Below, one piece after another: positions 19,809-29,406 of a stretch of 64,000 nucleotides of DNA. Positions within the stretch are counted from its first letter, which is position 1, and each line of letters opens with the position of its first letter. A program made the translations under genes and the position numbers. This stretch comes from Candidatus Thorarchaeota archaeon. Its GTDB lineage: Archaea > Asgardarchaeota > Thorarchaeia > Thorarchaeales > Thorarchaeaceae. The notes under the pieces are model-generated. The model ran no database searches. It was given only the letters and a program-made list of their open reading frames with translations, and had not been told where the DNA came from. The DNA lies in assembly GCA_020348985.1 (NCBI GenBank), contig CP070761.1, forward strand, positions 1,112,921 to 1,176,920. The letters run 5' to 3'.

Positions 19809-20047
19809 GCTTGTTTGGTTAGAGAATGCGGCTAGAGTGAGCTGGAAGGGTTACGAAGCTCGCGTGTTGAGTCTAGGATTCGAAGTCTTGAGTTTGCTTC
19901 CGAAAAGAGAAAAAAATCAGGTTGACAGAGAAATGGAGAGGCAACTCCCCATTTCAAGGGCCTAAGCCCGCGAAATCTCATTCCGAAAAGAGTTAGAAAT
20001 CATGATCTGCGTTTGAAACATTAAAAAAATGGGCGTGCCAATCGGGG

Positions 20048-20524
20048 ATGATTGGTTGCAGTTACGGAGAGGAGATTCAGATGACCGAAATGAATAGGTC
20101 TTGGAGAAGTGCACCTGTGTTCACAGCAGCAGGGGTCTTACTCATTGTGCAAGCCGTCGTTAGTAACGTGCTCATTTTGATGTTCTTGCCAGGTAGCTTT
20201 AGCATAATGTTTCTTCTTGGGTCCGTATTGGCCTTACTCGCCTTAACGATGTATGTCGGCGCTCAATTGGCTCGCACCTCGCGCATAGCATCTTTGTGGG
20301 GCTTGTTCTGGGGCATCTTGATTATTGTGGTGACGATTGGAATCCATGGTGGTCCATATGGTACACTCTTTGGTCCATACATCTCACCATCGATAGAAGC
20401 TATGGCTATCCTTCCGGGAATCGCTGGAGGAGTGCTTGGCGTTCTGGCGGCAGTCGTCTCATGGGCTGAGAACACAAGACCATCCACAATGAAAGCTGAG
20501 CCAGTCACCCATCTGACAGGTTGA
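20048..20524 (+). CDS. Small integral membrane protein
   Basis: The 158-aa ORF has four hydrophobic helices. Confidence 0.4.
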   Translation: MIGCSYGEEIQMTEMNRSWRSAPVFTAAGVLLIVQAVVSNVLILMFLPGSFSIMFLLGSVLALLALTMYVGAQLARTSRIASLWGLFWGILIIVVTIGIHGGPYGTLFGPYISPSIEAMAILPGIAGGVLGVLAAVVSWAENTRPSTMKAEPVTHLTG

Positions 20525-20684
20525 AATCCCTAAATAAGGACTAGCCCTGGAGCTGGCATCCAATTCATACAGACTTTTCTGTAGACCGAGTTCGGAAGCT
20601 AATATGTCTTATTCAATGTAATACTTTATAAGGACAGATGAAATGGGTATTATGTAATACCATTACATGGGGTAGAGCAAAGAA

Positions 20685-21677
20685 TTGTCAAGTTCATCGG
20701 GCGCGGCTCAGATAAGAGCACTAGCCGACGAAATCCTTCAAGAGGAGTCATTCCGGTTAGAAGGCCCAATTTGCCATGAATCAGTCTCATTGATTCCAAT
20801 TGTCACAACAGAGGAAGTAGGGAGCCAACCCAACTTCATGAACGCTGCCGAGGCGCTTTCCACGGGCGTACTGCAGATAATTGAAGGTGGAGACAGTGTA
20901 GAGCTCATTATAGCTCAAAACATGGGACAGATCCCTATCTTGATTGAAGAAGGAGAAGTTCTGAAAGCCGACGGCTCGCAGGACAGAATTGTCGTCACTA
21001 ACATCGTCATTCAGCCAGGCGACCGTATCAGAATCCCGGTCAAGTGTGTACATGCACCACATGCATTGCACGCCGGATCCAGATTCAGGTCAATTGGCGC
21101 TGGGTCGTACAATATGAGAGCTGGTCTCAAGCGTGCCAAGTATCAATCCATCATGACCGATGTTGAACACTATACGCCTGAACACGCCGTTGACCAAAGC
21201 GAAGTTTGGGAGAGCGCACGCCTAGAAGGTGTCGCAGCAGGGACAGCCGACCCAACAAAATACACTAAGGCTCTTGAGAAGCAGCGGAAGTCAGCTGAGA
21301 AGACCGCCAAGAAGTTCAGAAAAGAAATGCCAGAGAGGACATGTGGATTCATAGCGGTTGACAGCAAAGGCATTGTCCGCTCAATAGAGATCTACCGTTC
21401 TGCTCGTGCGTTCCAAGGACGGTCAGGTTTCATCGAGTCGCTCTTGATGGCATTCTCGAAGAAAGGGGAGAAGACCCAAGAGAACGAGGTGGCACTTTCG
21501 ACGGCTCTGCAGGTCTTGATGAAACTAAGGCGCATCTCAGATGAAACCGTGATTGTTCAGGAAGGTTCTGATAATCTACACATCCGAGTCGACGAATTGA
21601 CTGGCGAAGCCATAACCAGCAAGCAGCCTGACGGTACACACAGAGTCATTTATGCTTCACTGGGCACCACTGACTAG
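20685..21677 (+). CDS. Hypothetical protein
   Basis: The 330-aa ORF begins at a TTG, so the start is uncertain. It has no recognisable motif. Confidence 0.35.
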   Translation: MSSSSGAAQIRALADEILQEESFRLEGPICHESVSLIPIVTTEEVGSQPNFMNAAEALSTGVLQIIEGGDSVELIIAQNMGQIPILIEEGEVLKADGSQDRIVVTNIVIQPGDRIRIPVKCVHAPHALHAGSRFRSIGAGSYNMRAGLKRAKYQSIMTDVEHYTPEHAVDQSEVWESARLEGVAAGTADPTKYTKALEKQRKSAEKTAKKFRKEMPERTCGFIAVDSKGIVRSIEIYRSARAFQGRSGFIESLLMAFSKKGEKTQENEVALSTALQVLMKLRRISDETVIVQEGSDNLHIRVDELTGEAITSKQPDGTHRVIYASLGTTD

Positions 21678-21774
21678 GAAACCGGTCAGGGCGCGAAAGC
21701 GGGACAACGACGTCGAGGGGGTGTGGGACCCCATCGAACCCCCACCCCCTTGGCGTCAACATGTCTTGCATGCT

Positions 21775-22215
21775 TCAGTTTTCTTCATTCTGAGAATTAT
21801 CGTTGGCTTCCGACATATGCTGCTGACATATTCTCCAGTTCCCACCGCGTTTTTCTAGAACCCCGGTCCATCGAATATCTCTCGTGCCCCATGGTTTGCC
21901 ATCGAATTCTCCTTCGTCATCTACGACAGCTGAAAACCAGGCCACGTCTCCACTCTTTGAGATTACAATTCTCAGATCTCTAATATCAAATCCTTTAGCT
22001 ATGTTTCGTGGATCCATCCATCCGTCCAAGAATTTCTCAAACTGGCCCCACCCTATGACAGTACTCTTAGAGTCTGGATAATATGTAAAGAAGTCGTCAT
22101 CTTGAGCAAAAATGCCCTCAAATAGTGCTCGATCTTTGGTTAGAGCCCATCCGAAAGCATCATGAAGAATTCTGCTGATTTCGTTTACAACTTTGGTTCT
22201 ATTTGAAGTGAGCAA
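21775..22215 (-). CDS. SnoaL-like / NTF2-fold protein (DUF4440-like)
   Basis: The 146-aa ORF has a 'WFSAVVDDEGEFDGKPW...GGNWRICQQH' C-terminal pattern typical of NTF2-like folds. Confidence 0.45.
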   Translation of the reverse strand: MLTSNRTKVVNEISRILHDAFGWALTKDRALFEGIFAQDDDFFTYYPDSKSTVIGWGQFEKFLDGWMDPRNIAKGFDIRDLRIVISKSGDVAWFSAVVDDEGEFDGKPWGTRDIRWTGVLEKRGGNWRICQQHMSEANDNSQNEEN

Positions 22216-22401
22216 ATCAAGTCAATGAGAAGTCGATTTTCTTCTGAGTCTTAAGTCTACTCAGCAAAGCAACTCAAGTGCGTGTTAGCGGTGGAGAGAG
22301 AATAGAGACAGTAAGAACTATCTGAGCTTCTGTCATAGTTCTGCACCCCGAGCTTTGACTACTCCGGTAATCGAGTGAATGGTCTTCGTGTGGATTGCTA
22401 G

Positions 22402-23070
22402 GTGAAACTGATGGCGTTTTCAAGAATCTTTGGATCTGGCGACAAGAAACTACAGAAGAGAGCTGATGAATTGTTACTAAAGCTGAGCAAGGACTTCCAA
22501 GCTGCAAGTGCCAAGCTTCATGCCGCCGCCAAGGCTTGGAGCAAGGGTGATGTTAAGGTACTTGAGGAGATTGTTGGGGAGATTATAGAGATTGAGAGAG
22601 AAGCGGATTGCCTCAAGGACGAACTTGTAAACAGCATATTCTCTAAACATGCTTACCTTCCTCAACAGACACAAGATAGGCACGAGCTTGTTATGCACAT
22701 GGACGCAGTAATTGATGCCGCTGAAGAGGCCATTAGGTTGATGGCAATTGGGAAGAAGCGTAAGCCGCCCAAGTTGCTGGTCGAGATTGCTGAGAAATGC
22801 TGGTACTGCACGGACATGCTCCAGGACGCAATCAAGCTAATCTTCATTGACTTCGATGCAGCAGTTGAGTTGTCACATAAGATTGAAAAAGTCAGAGAGG
22901 AAGCACGGTCTCTGAAGTTCAAACTGCACGACCGGCTCTTCAATGATCCGAAGTGTGACCCAATTGATTCGAGTTATTACCACCATCTATCGCGAAGAAT
23001 CATTGATGTGGCGATCCAGGCTGAAATAACAAGTGATTTCATCCGAGCGTTGGCTGTGAAGTACTCGTAG
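22402..23070 (+). CDS. PhoU-like DUF47-family phosphate transport regulator
   Basis: The composition is coiled-coil/helical, as in the DUF47 family. It sits immediately upstream of the PiT transporter, which is the conserved gene pair. An AGGTGA Shine-Dalgarno lies 7 nt upstream. Confidence 0.55.
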   Translation: MKLMAFSRIFGSGDKKLQKRADELLLKLSKDFQAASAKLHAAAKAWSKGDVKVLEEIVGEIIEIEREADCLKDELVNSIFSKHAYLPQQTQDRHELVMHMDAVIDAAEEAIRLMAIGKKRKPPKLLVEIAEKCWYCTDMLQDAIKLIFIDFDAAVELSHKIEKVREEARSLKFKLHDRLFNDPKCDPIDSSYYHHLSRRIIDVAIQAEITSDFIRALAVKYS

Positions 23071-23088
23071 AACAGGGGGCAGTATGCA

Positions 23089-24114
23089 TTGGACCTTGTT
23101 CTCATAGCATTGCTAGGCATCGGTTTCATTGTGGGTGCGGCAGTAGGTTCTAATGACGAAACTTGGAGTCCTGCTGTTGGTGCTCACATTCTCACTGTCA
23201 CTGCGGCGGTGGCTATTGGTGCAATCATCAATTTTGTAGGAGCTGTCTCTCTGGGCGGGGGCGTATCTAACAAAGTAGGTGGTGAGCTAGTCAACTACAC
23301 TCCAATGACCAATGAAATGGTATTCGCCATACTCATCTCAATGGCAATATGGCTTCTTGTTGCCTCGGCGACGAAAGGACTTCCGATAAGCACAACTCAA
23401 TGTATCGTAGGCGCCGTCATGGGAATTGCAGCATATGCAGCCTTCTTAGGAATGACAGGTTGGGGTGCTGATACGATAAACTGGGGCATTGTGATTGAGA
23501 TCTTTGCTGGCTGGATAGTCTCTCCGATAATCGGATTCTTCATTGCAGGTGTAGTGTACTTGGGGGTCAGGCGTTTTCAGAGAAGAGCCCAAGGATTTAC
23601 GGGCAGGGAGAGGCAAGAACAGATAGCAGGGTGGGGTCTGGTAATATTCCTCCTCATTACATCATTGAGCAGGGGAGGCAACGATGTCGCCAATGCAGTA
23701 GCTCCCCTAGTGGTCATGCCAATGTTTCAAGCCCCCGTTGTCATTAATGGACTAGTCCTTCCCGGATACATTGTCCCATTGATCGCTGGTGGTCTAGGAA
23801 TGGCAATGGGTCTGATTGTAGTGGGAAGAAAAGTGATCAAAACCCTGGCCACCGAAGTTGTGACTCTTTCACCTTCTTCAGCACTTTCCGCTAGCGTGTC
23901 TGTATCACTAGTCATGTTTGTTGGCACCTATTTTGGTTTCCCCCTGAGCGGAACCCATGTTCTAGTCGCTGCTCTCATTGCAGTAGGATTTGTAGCAAAG
24001 ACAGATGTCAGTTCAAAACAGGTGAAGAACATCATCATCTCGTGGATTATCACAGTTCCAATCTCTGCAGTCTTGGCAATAGCCATATTCGCAGGGATGC
24101 TGTTCATAATCTAA
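23089..24114 (+). CDS. Inorganic phosphate transporter, PiT family
   Basis: The protein carries the signature 'GGNDVANAVAPL' and a second PiT repeat. It is polytopic. Confidence 0.7.
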   Translation: MDLVLIALLGIGFIVGAAVGSNDETWSPAVGAHILTVTAAVAIGAIINFVGAVSLGGGVSNKVGGELVNYTPMTNEMVFAILISMAIWLLVASATKGLPISTTQCIVGAVMGIAAYAAFLGMTGWGADTINWGIVIEIFAGWIVSPIIGFFIAGVVYLGVRRFQRRAQGFTGRERQEQIAGWGLVIFLLITSLSRGGNDVANAVAPLVVMPMFQAPVVINGLVLPGYIVPLIAGGLGMAMGLIVVGRKVIKTLATEVVTLSPSSALSASVSVSLVMFVGTYFGFPLSGTHVLVAALIAVGFVAKTDVSSKQVKNIIISWIITVPISAVLAIAIFAGMLFII

Positions 24115-24117
24115 GGC

Positions 24118-24882
24118 CTAGTCGACGCTTATCTTGGCAGCTTCGTGCATTCTGTGAATCAGAATGTAGTCTTTCGCCAAAGACCCAAGTTCTTTTGCCT
24201 CTTCCTCTGTAAGGTGAACTCTATGACCTGCCAAAGGAGCCACATTCCGAGTCGCTTCTATTATTGCCAAATCCGCAGCTAGTACCAGATTCTGTGCTCC
24301 TTCTGATATTCTTGTGTCGCCAGTGAACGCAATCACGGTTTCGCCAACTTGAATCTTGTATCCAACTGCAGGCATGAGTAAGTCCTTGGCGGGGTCAGGA
24401 TTCTCAAGACCAAAGTGCTCCACGTCATGCACATTGATTTTGAAGAAGTCGGAGTCAAATCCAACCCCATCTCTCACTTCTTGTACTCGGATTCCAAACT
24501 TCGTTGTTGGTCGGTAGACCTCTCTGAAGCTCTTGACCATCTTCAAGACTTCATCACAGCCTGCCGGGACCAGGATGTCGAGTGATGATGTCCTACCAAG
24601 CATCCGCATGAAACCCAGCAAGCTGTGAAGGCCCCCCATGTGATCGAAATGACCGTGAGTTATGCAGACCATGTCGATTTCTTCGACAAAGTCTGTACCT
24701 AGAAGAGCTAGGAGATCTCTCAGAACACCGTCCCCAACGTCTGCTAGAAGGTATTTGCCAGTGAACTTGGACGAGACAACAACAGTAGTGCTCACTCCTG
24801 CTACGCTATAGGGCACGTCCACTCTTACCTCATCGTTCTCCCAACTAGCGGAATAGTTCTCATCAGTCATATTCGTCACCAA
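24118..24882 (-). CDS. Metallo-beta-lactamase-fold hydrolase
   Basis: The ORF has the 'ITHGHFDHMGG' HxHxDH motif. Confidence 0.6.
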   Translation of the reverse strand: MVTNMTDENYSASWENDEVRVDVPYSVAGVSTTVVVSSKFTGKYLLADVGDGVLRDLLALLGTDFVEEIDMVCITHGHFDHMGGLHSLLGFMRMLGRTSSLDILVPAGCDEVLKMVKSFREVYRPTTKFGIRVQEVRDGVGFDSDFFKINVHDVEHFGLENPDPAKDLLMPAVGYKIQVGETVIAFTGDTRISEGAQNLVLAADLAIIEATRNVAPLAGHRVHLTEEEAKELGSLAKDYILIHRMHEAAKISVD

Positions 24883-24944
24883 GTGGGTTTTAGATACCAG
24901 TTCAACAAAAGCCTGCCGAGTGTGTATGCCTCAACAATCGTCCT

Positions 24945-25376
24945 TTAGGTGAGGCCTCTAAGCAATACTGCATCATCAGCGTGCTCAGATGCCAGATCCT
25001 CGAACTCGTATGATGCCTCTGGAAGAAAAGAGATCTTTGAGGCTGCTGCGGTAAAGAATTCCTTTAGGGTATCCTGAACAGCGGCAGCAATTCCAATCAA
25101 TGCAGAATCGTCTGCTTCAGGGGAGGCACCAGTCTTCAAAGGGAAGTCGTCACTATCCAATCCGGTAATGGGCTCAAGTATCATCTCAGTGACGTTTTCC
25201 CTGCGGACTCTCATCAAGTTCCGAATCCGTCTTTGTCCCTTCAGCATGATATCTTCGAAAACTGCCCTCGCATCCTGTCTAACAACTCTGTCAACTATTT
25301 CTTCGAAGAAAGCGCTCGACCTCTGTTCAATGTCAAGCGCATAACTGAGCACTGCTCCGAAAGTTCCAAGCTCCAT
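24945..25376 (-). CDS. Hypothetical protein
   Basis: The 143-aa acidic ORF has no recognisable motif. Confidence 0.3.
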   Translation of the reverse strand: MELGTFGAVLSYALDIEQRSSAFFEEIVDRVVRQDARAVFEDIMLKGQRRIRNLMRVRRENVTEMILEPITGLDSDDFPLKTGASPEADDSALIGIAAAVQDTLKEFFTAAASKISFLPEASYEFEDLASEHADDAVLLRGLT

Positions 25377-25569
25377 TTAGTCACCAGGCTTCCTTGCTCG
25401 GCCTGTTTCATCATTGCATATATCCCTGATGATTGCTCTATTGAACGAAAGCCCCTGGTAACTAGCTAAAATCCAGAATTGTAACCTTCTTCAATTCCCA
25501 ATCCTAGAGCATCGAGTTGGTGGCCCATATCATACTGCTTATTTTCTATTCAATATGCTCTGAATAATC

Positions 25570-26427
25570 ATGAGTCCCATTGAGTTGTCAAGGGATACGA
25601 TAGTGCGGATTTCAGTCTTCATTGTAATCTACACACTATTTGGGCTGCTTATTCCAATTCAGGGATATGTTTCCATAAGTTTTGCAATTGGGACATTGAT
25701 TACAGCTGTCCTCTATGGCTTTGCTTTGTACTACATGAACACAAACATCCCATTGGGAAGAAAAGCCCGGATATTGATAACATGGATTGCTGTCTATGTA
25801 ATTCAGATGCTAAATCCAGTTCTAGAGGGCATCTTTTTCACAACTCAATTTGAGGGGCAACCAGAGTTAGCATTTGGAGCGGTTGTATTTGGACTCGTTC
25901 TTACTCTACCCACAGCTCTAGTATCAGGAGTTCTGTTCAGTCCAACGGGAGAGGTCACAAGCTTTGATCAACTTAGAAAGAAATACTTCATCGAATGGAC
26001 TTCCTCACAGTTTGCAGTACGGTTCATTATCGCATCTATGCTGTGGCTAGTCATATACTACACAATTGGAACTATCATTGCACCATTGGTACTTCCCTAT
26101 TATACTGATGGAGGTGTAGGCTACGACTTGACACTGCCTGCGGCTGAGATTGTAATACTTCTTCAGACCGTTCGAGGATTCATCTATGTCCTCAGTGTTT
26201 TCCCGATTGTCATCTCGGTGAAGCTAGATAAGAAACCGCTTGCAATCATATTGGTTGCACTTCTCTACATCGCAGGCGCGCTGGCCGTCTTTGTCATATC
26301 TGAGCAATTTCCAGTCTACCTACGATTTGTTCATGGAATTGAATTGTTTGTTGATTCATTGATTGCGGGTACAGTGATCTCCTTTATTCTAGGGAAATCT
26401 GACAAATCAATCCAAATCATCGATTGA
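25570..26427 (+). CDS. Integral membrane protein, unknown function
   Basis: The 285-aa ORF has about 8 hydrophobic helices. Confidence 0.4.
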   Translation: MSPIELSRDTIVRISVFIVIYTLFGLLIPIQGYVSISFAIGTLITAVLYGFALYYMNTNIPLGRKARILITWIAVYVIQMLNPVLEGIFFTTQFEGQPELAFGAVVFGLVLTLPTALVSGVLFSPTGEVTSFDQLRKKYFIEWTSSQFAVRFIIASMLWLVIYYTIGTIIAPLVLPYYTDGGVGYDLTLPAAEIVILLQTVRGFIYVLSVFPIVISVKLDKKPLAIILVALLYIAGALAVFVISEQFPVYLRFVHGIELFVDSLIAGTVISFILGKSDKSIQIID

Positions 26428-26578
26428 GAGCAGTTTTCGGACCCTGAGCTATCAGTGATCTTCATCAGTTTCAGAGCCTTCTCTTCTATGTTGTTTATTG
26501 AAATGAGTATCAAGCGCAGCCATCCCAAGGGCCCAACTAGAATAGTAGGGTGGGTGGGCGGAGACTCCCACAACTTCG

Positions 26579-28042
26579 TCAGAACCACCTACTAATCACA
26601 ACTTTCGACTCGCAGAAGAAATCGACTGCATCCTGTCCCTGACCATGAAGGTCTCCGAAAAATGAGTCCTTCATTCCTGAGAATGGAAACGTGGCTATCG
26701 GTGCTGCAACTCCAATATTGATACCGATGTTTCCGGCCTTCACGCGGTACTGGTACTCTCTTGCAGTCTTCCCACTTGAAGTGAAAACTGAGGACGCATT
26801 TCCGTACCGGTTTGCGTGGATAATGTCAATGGCCTCATCCAAATCCTTGACCTGAATGATGTTGATTACTGGTCCGAAGATTTCCTCCTGGGCTATGTAC
26901 ATCTCCGGAGTGACCTTGTCAAAGATACATGGTCCAACGAAGTAGCCACTAGGATGTTCGGGAACCTCGATGCCACGACCATCAACGATTAGGTCTGCAC
27001 CTTCCTTCAGGCCTTCATCGATGCACTTGAGCACATGTTCCATCCCGCCTTTGGATGCCAGAGGCCCCATTTGCACACCCTCTTCTAGACCGTTCCCAAC
27101 CTTCAGTCTTTTTGCACCTTCAACTAGAGCCTGCTTGAGTGGCTCATGGATGTCGCCAACTGCCAGAATAACCCCTCCTGCAAGACATCTCTGACCTGTG
27201 CAGCCGTAGAAGGAAGTCAGAAGGGCGGCTACTGTGCTCTCTAGATTGCAGTCAGGCATAACGGTTAGGAAGTTCTTTGCTCCTGACTGTGACTGCGCCC
27301 TCTTGCCTTGCTCAGCGCATTTCTGGTAGAGAAGCTTTCCAACTCGAGTAGAACCCACAAAGGACATGCCAACCGTGTCAGGGCTCTCGATCATTGCATT
27401 TACTACTTCGGAACCGCCGTGAACAAGGTTCAGGACACCCTTTGGAAGACCGAGTTCGTCGATTATCTCAAACTGCTTCACCTGACTCAACGGGACCTGC
27501 GGCGAGGGCTTCACAATGTACGTGTTACCAGTACCAACTGCAAAAGGCCAGAACCATGTCGGCACCATTCCTGGGAAATTGAATGGTGCAACGCAGAAGA
27601 ATACGCCAAGTGGCTGCTTGATTACCATTTCATCGATTCCCGCAGCAATATCCTCAGTGTTGTATCCCATCTGAAGTGAAGGGATACTTGTTGCGCATTC
27701 AATATTCTCAATCGTCCTTCGGTACTCACCGCGCGCTTCGTCGATGATCTTCCCCTGCTCCATGGTAAGTATCTTCGACAGCTCCTCGAAATTGTCTTCG
27801 AAGGCAGCGCGTATTCTGTTTAGATGTCTAACACGCGTAAAGACAGGTGTCCTTCTCCACCGTTCAAATGCGGCCTTAGCGGCTGCTATTGCAGCTTCAG
27901 CTTCTTCAGCAGTAGACATGGGGGTCTTCGCAATGACTTCGCCGGTTGCAGGATTGAAAACATCTTGGGTCTTCTTGGACTTTGATTCAACCCAGCGCCC
28001 ATTGATGTAGTTTTTCACAACTTCTACGGTCACTATGGTCAC
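26579..28042 (-). CDS. mmsA: CoA-acylating methylmalonate/malonate-semialdehyde dehydrogenase (ALDH family)
   Basis: The N-terminus is 'VKNYINGRWVESKS...VFNPATGEVIAKTPMSTAEEAEAAIAAAKAAF'. The length and ALDH catalytic region ('FYGCTGQRCLAG') match MMSDH. Confidence 0.7.
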   Translation of the reverse strand: MTIVTVEVVKNYINGRWVESKSKKTQDVFNPATGEVIAKTPMSTAEEAEAAIAAAKAAFERWRRTPVFTRVRHLNRIRAAFEDNFEELSKILTMEQGKIIDEARGEYRRTIENIECATSIPSLQMGYNTEDIAAGIDEMVIKQPLGVFFCVAPFNFPGMVPTWFWPFAVGTGNTYIVKPSPQVPLSQVKQFEIIDELGLPKGVLNLVHGGSEVVNAMIESPDTVGMSFVGSTRVGKLLYQKCAEQGKRAQSQSGAKNFLTVMPDCNLESTVAALLTSFYGCTGQRCLAGGVILAVGDIHEPLKQALVEGAKRLKVGNGLEEGVQMGPLASKGGMEHVLKCIDEGLKEGADLIVDGRGIEVPEHPSGYFVGPCIFDKVTPEMYIAQEEIFGPVINIIQVKDLDEAIDIIHANRYGNASSVFTSSGKTAREYQYRVKAGNIGINIGVAAPIATFPFSGMKDSFFGDLHGQGQDAVDFFCESKVVISRWF

Positions 28043-28111
28043 TTCCGTTGAGGGAGAAGTGCTTCAGTGGTGCAGCTATTTGATTCTTATGCACTGTCAG
28101 GCTGCAACGTT

Positions 28112-29320
28112 TCATGATGTATGAACAAACTGGACAGCGTTGTCATCACAGACAATGGCGCACAGCCCGCATCCATCGCATTTCTCTGGATTGACAGTGG
28201 CAGTCCCATCTCTAATCTGAATGGCAACGTAGCCTCCATCGGCGCACGCAACTACACACTTCTTGCACGCGGTGCAGAGGTCACTTGAGACCTCAGCGAC
28301 AACTGGGGAGAGCTTGGATAACGCCTCCCATGTGATGATCTTGGGCAGCGCTTTACCCACGATTTCTTCCAGTGTTGAGTAACCCTTGCGGTCCATGAAC
28401 GAACTGAGATCTGATGTCATGCCTTTGATAATGCCAAACCCATACCACATGGCTGCCGTGCAAACCTGAAGCGTCTTGGCACCGGCCATTAGATACTCTG
28501 TGGCACTACGCCAGTCTTCGATTCCGCCGATGCCGGAGATGGGAATCTTTGGAAATGCACGTGCTATCTGTGAAACAAAGCGCAGACCTATTGGTCGAAT
28601 TGCAGGACCGCAGAACCCTCCATAGGTGCTGAGCTGCTCTTTCGGGTCAGCTCCATAAGCAATTGGATGCGGCGTTGCTGTCTCAACATCGATCCCCACC
28701 AATGACTCCACAGTATTAATCGCAGCTAGAGCATCGGCACCTCCATTCACCGCCGCTTCGGCTATAGGAACCATATCGGTGACGTTTGGTGTAAGCTTGA
28801 CCATCACAGGGAGATTGGTGCCCTTCTTTGCTCCACGTGTTACGGTTTCGACTAAGTCAGCGTTTTGACCAATGGCAGCTCCCATATGACGTTCTGGTGA
28901 TCCATGAGGGCAAGAGACATTCAGCTCAATTGCGTCCACTCCTGCATTTGTCATCTTCTTGGCCAAAGAGGTCCATCCTTCTGGTGCAGGGTCACTCATT
29001 ATACTAGCAACTATGACAAAATCTTCTGGTGCTTCTTTCTTGATCTTGGGGAGCCAATCGTCAGTCCAAGTTTCCAGTGAAGCCCTAGAGATTAGCTCAA
29101 TGTTGTTCATTCCAATCAAGTCTGGTCCCTTTCGCAGAGCGCCAAGCCGTGTTCTCGGGTCAACAGTTGGTGTTTCTGCAACAGTCTTGATTACAGCTCC
29201 CCCCCATCCAAGTTTCGCTGCACGAACTATGTGACGTGCATCCATTGTGGGGGGAGCTGATGAAAGCAAAAAGGGATTCTTGAAGCGAATTCCCGCAAAA
29301 TCAATCTCTAGCTGTTTCAT
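28112..29320 (-). CDS. preA: Dihydropyrimidine dehydrogenase PreA-like subunit (DHOD-family TIM barrel + 2x[4Fe-4S])
   Basis: The N-terminus 'MKQLEIDFAGIRFKNPFLLSSAPPT' is an FMN-barrel start. The C-terminus carries two ferredoxin motifs, 'CTACKKCVVAC' and 'CDGCGLCAIVCDDNAV'. Confidence 0.65.
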   Translation of the reverse strand: MKQLEIDFAGIRFKNPFLLSSAPPTMDARHIVRAAKLGWGGAVIKTVAETPTVDPRTRLGALRKGPDLIGMNNIELISRASLETWTDDWLPKIKKEAPEDFVIVASIMSDPAPEGWTSLAKKMTNAGVDAIELNVSCPHGSPERHMGAAIGQNADLVETVTRGAKKGTNLPVMVKLTPNVTDMVPIAEAAVNGGADALAAINTVESLVGIDVETATPHPIAYGADPKEQLSTYGGFCGPAIRPIGLRFVSQIARAFPKIPISGIGGIEDWRSATEYLMAGAKTLQVCTAAMWYGFGIIKGMTSDLSSFMDRKGYSTLEEIVGKALPKIITWEALSKLSPVVAEVSSDLCTACKKCVVACADGGYVAIQIRDGTATVNPEKCDGCGLCAIVCDDNAVQFVHTS

Positions 29321-29406
29321 TCATACTCCATCCTTTCAGCAATCAGAGGCACAAGGCAGCCTTCCCCTAAAGTCTTTAGGCCAGTGTTTGCATTCAGACT
29401 TCGCGT

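Noticed and set aside
19870-19890. 'GGATTCGAAG' resembling a T-arm on the minus strand
   Set aside because: The flanking sequence gives no complementary T-stem, acceptor stem or anticodon arm. It is likely a chance TTCGAA palindrome.
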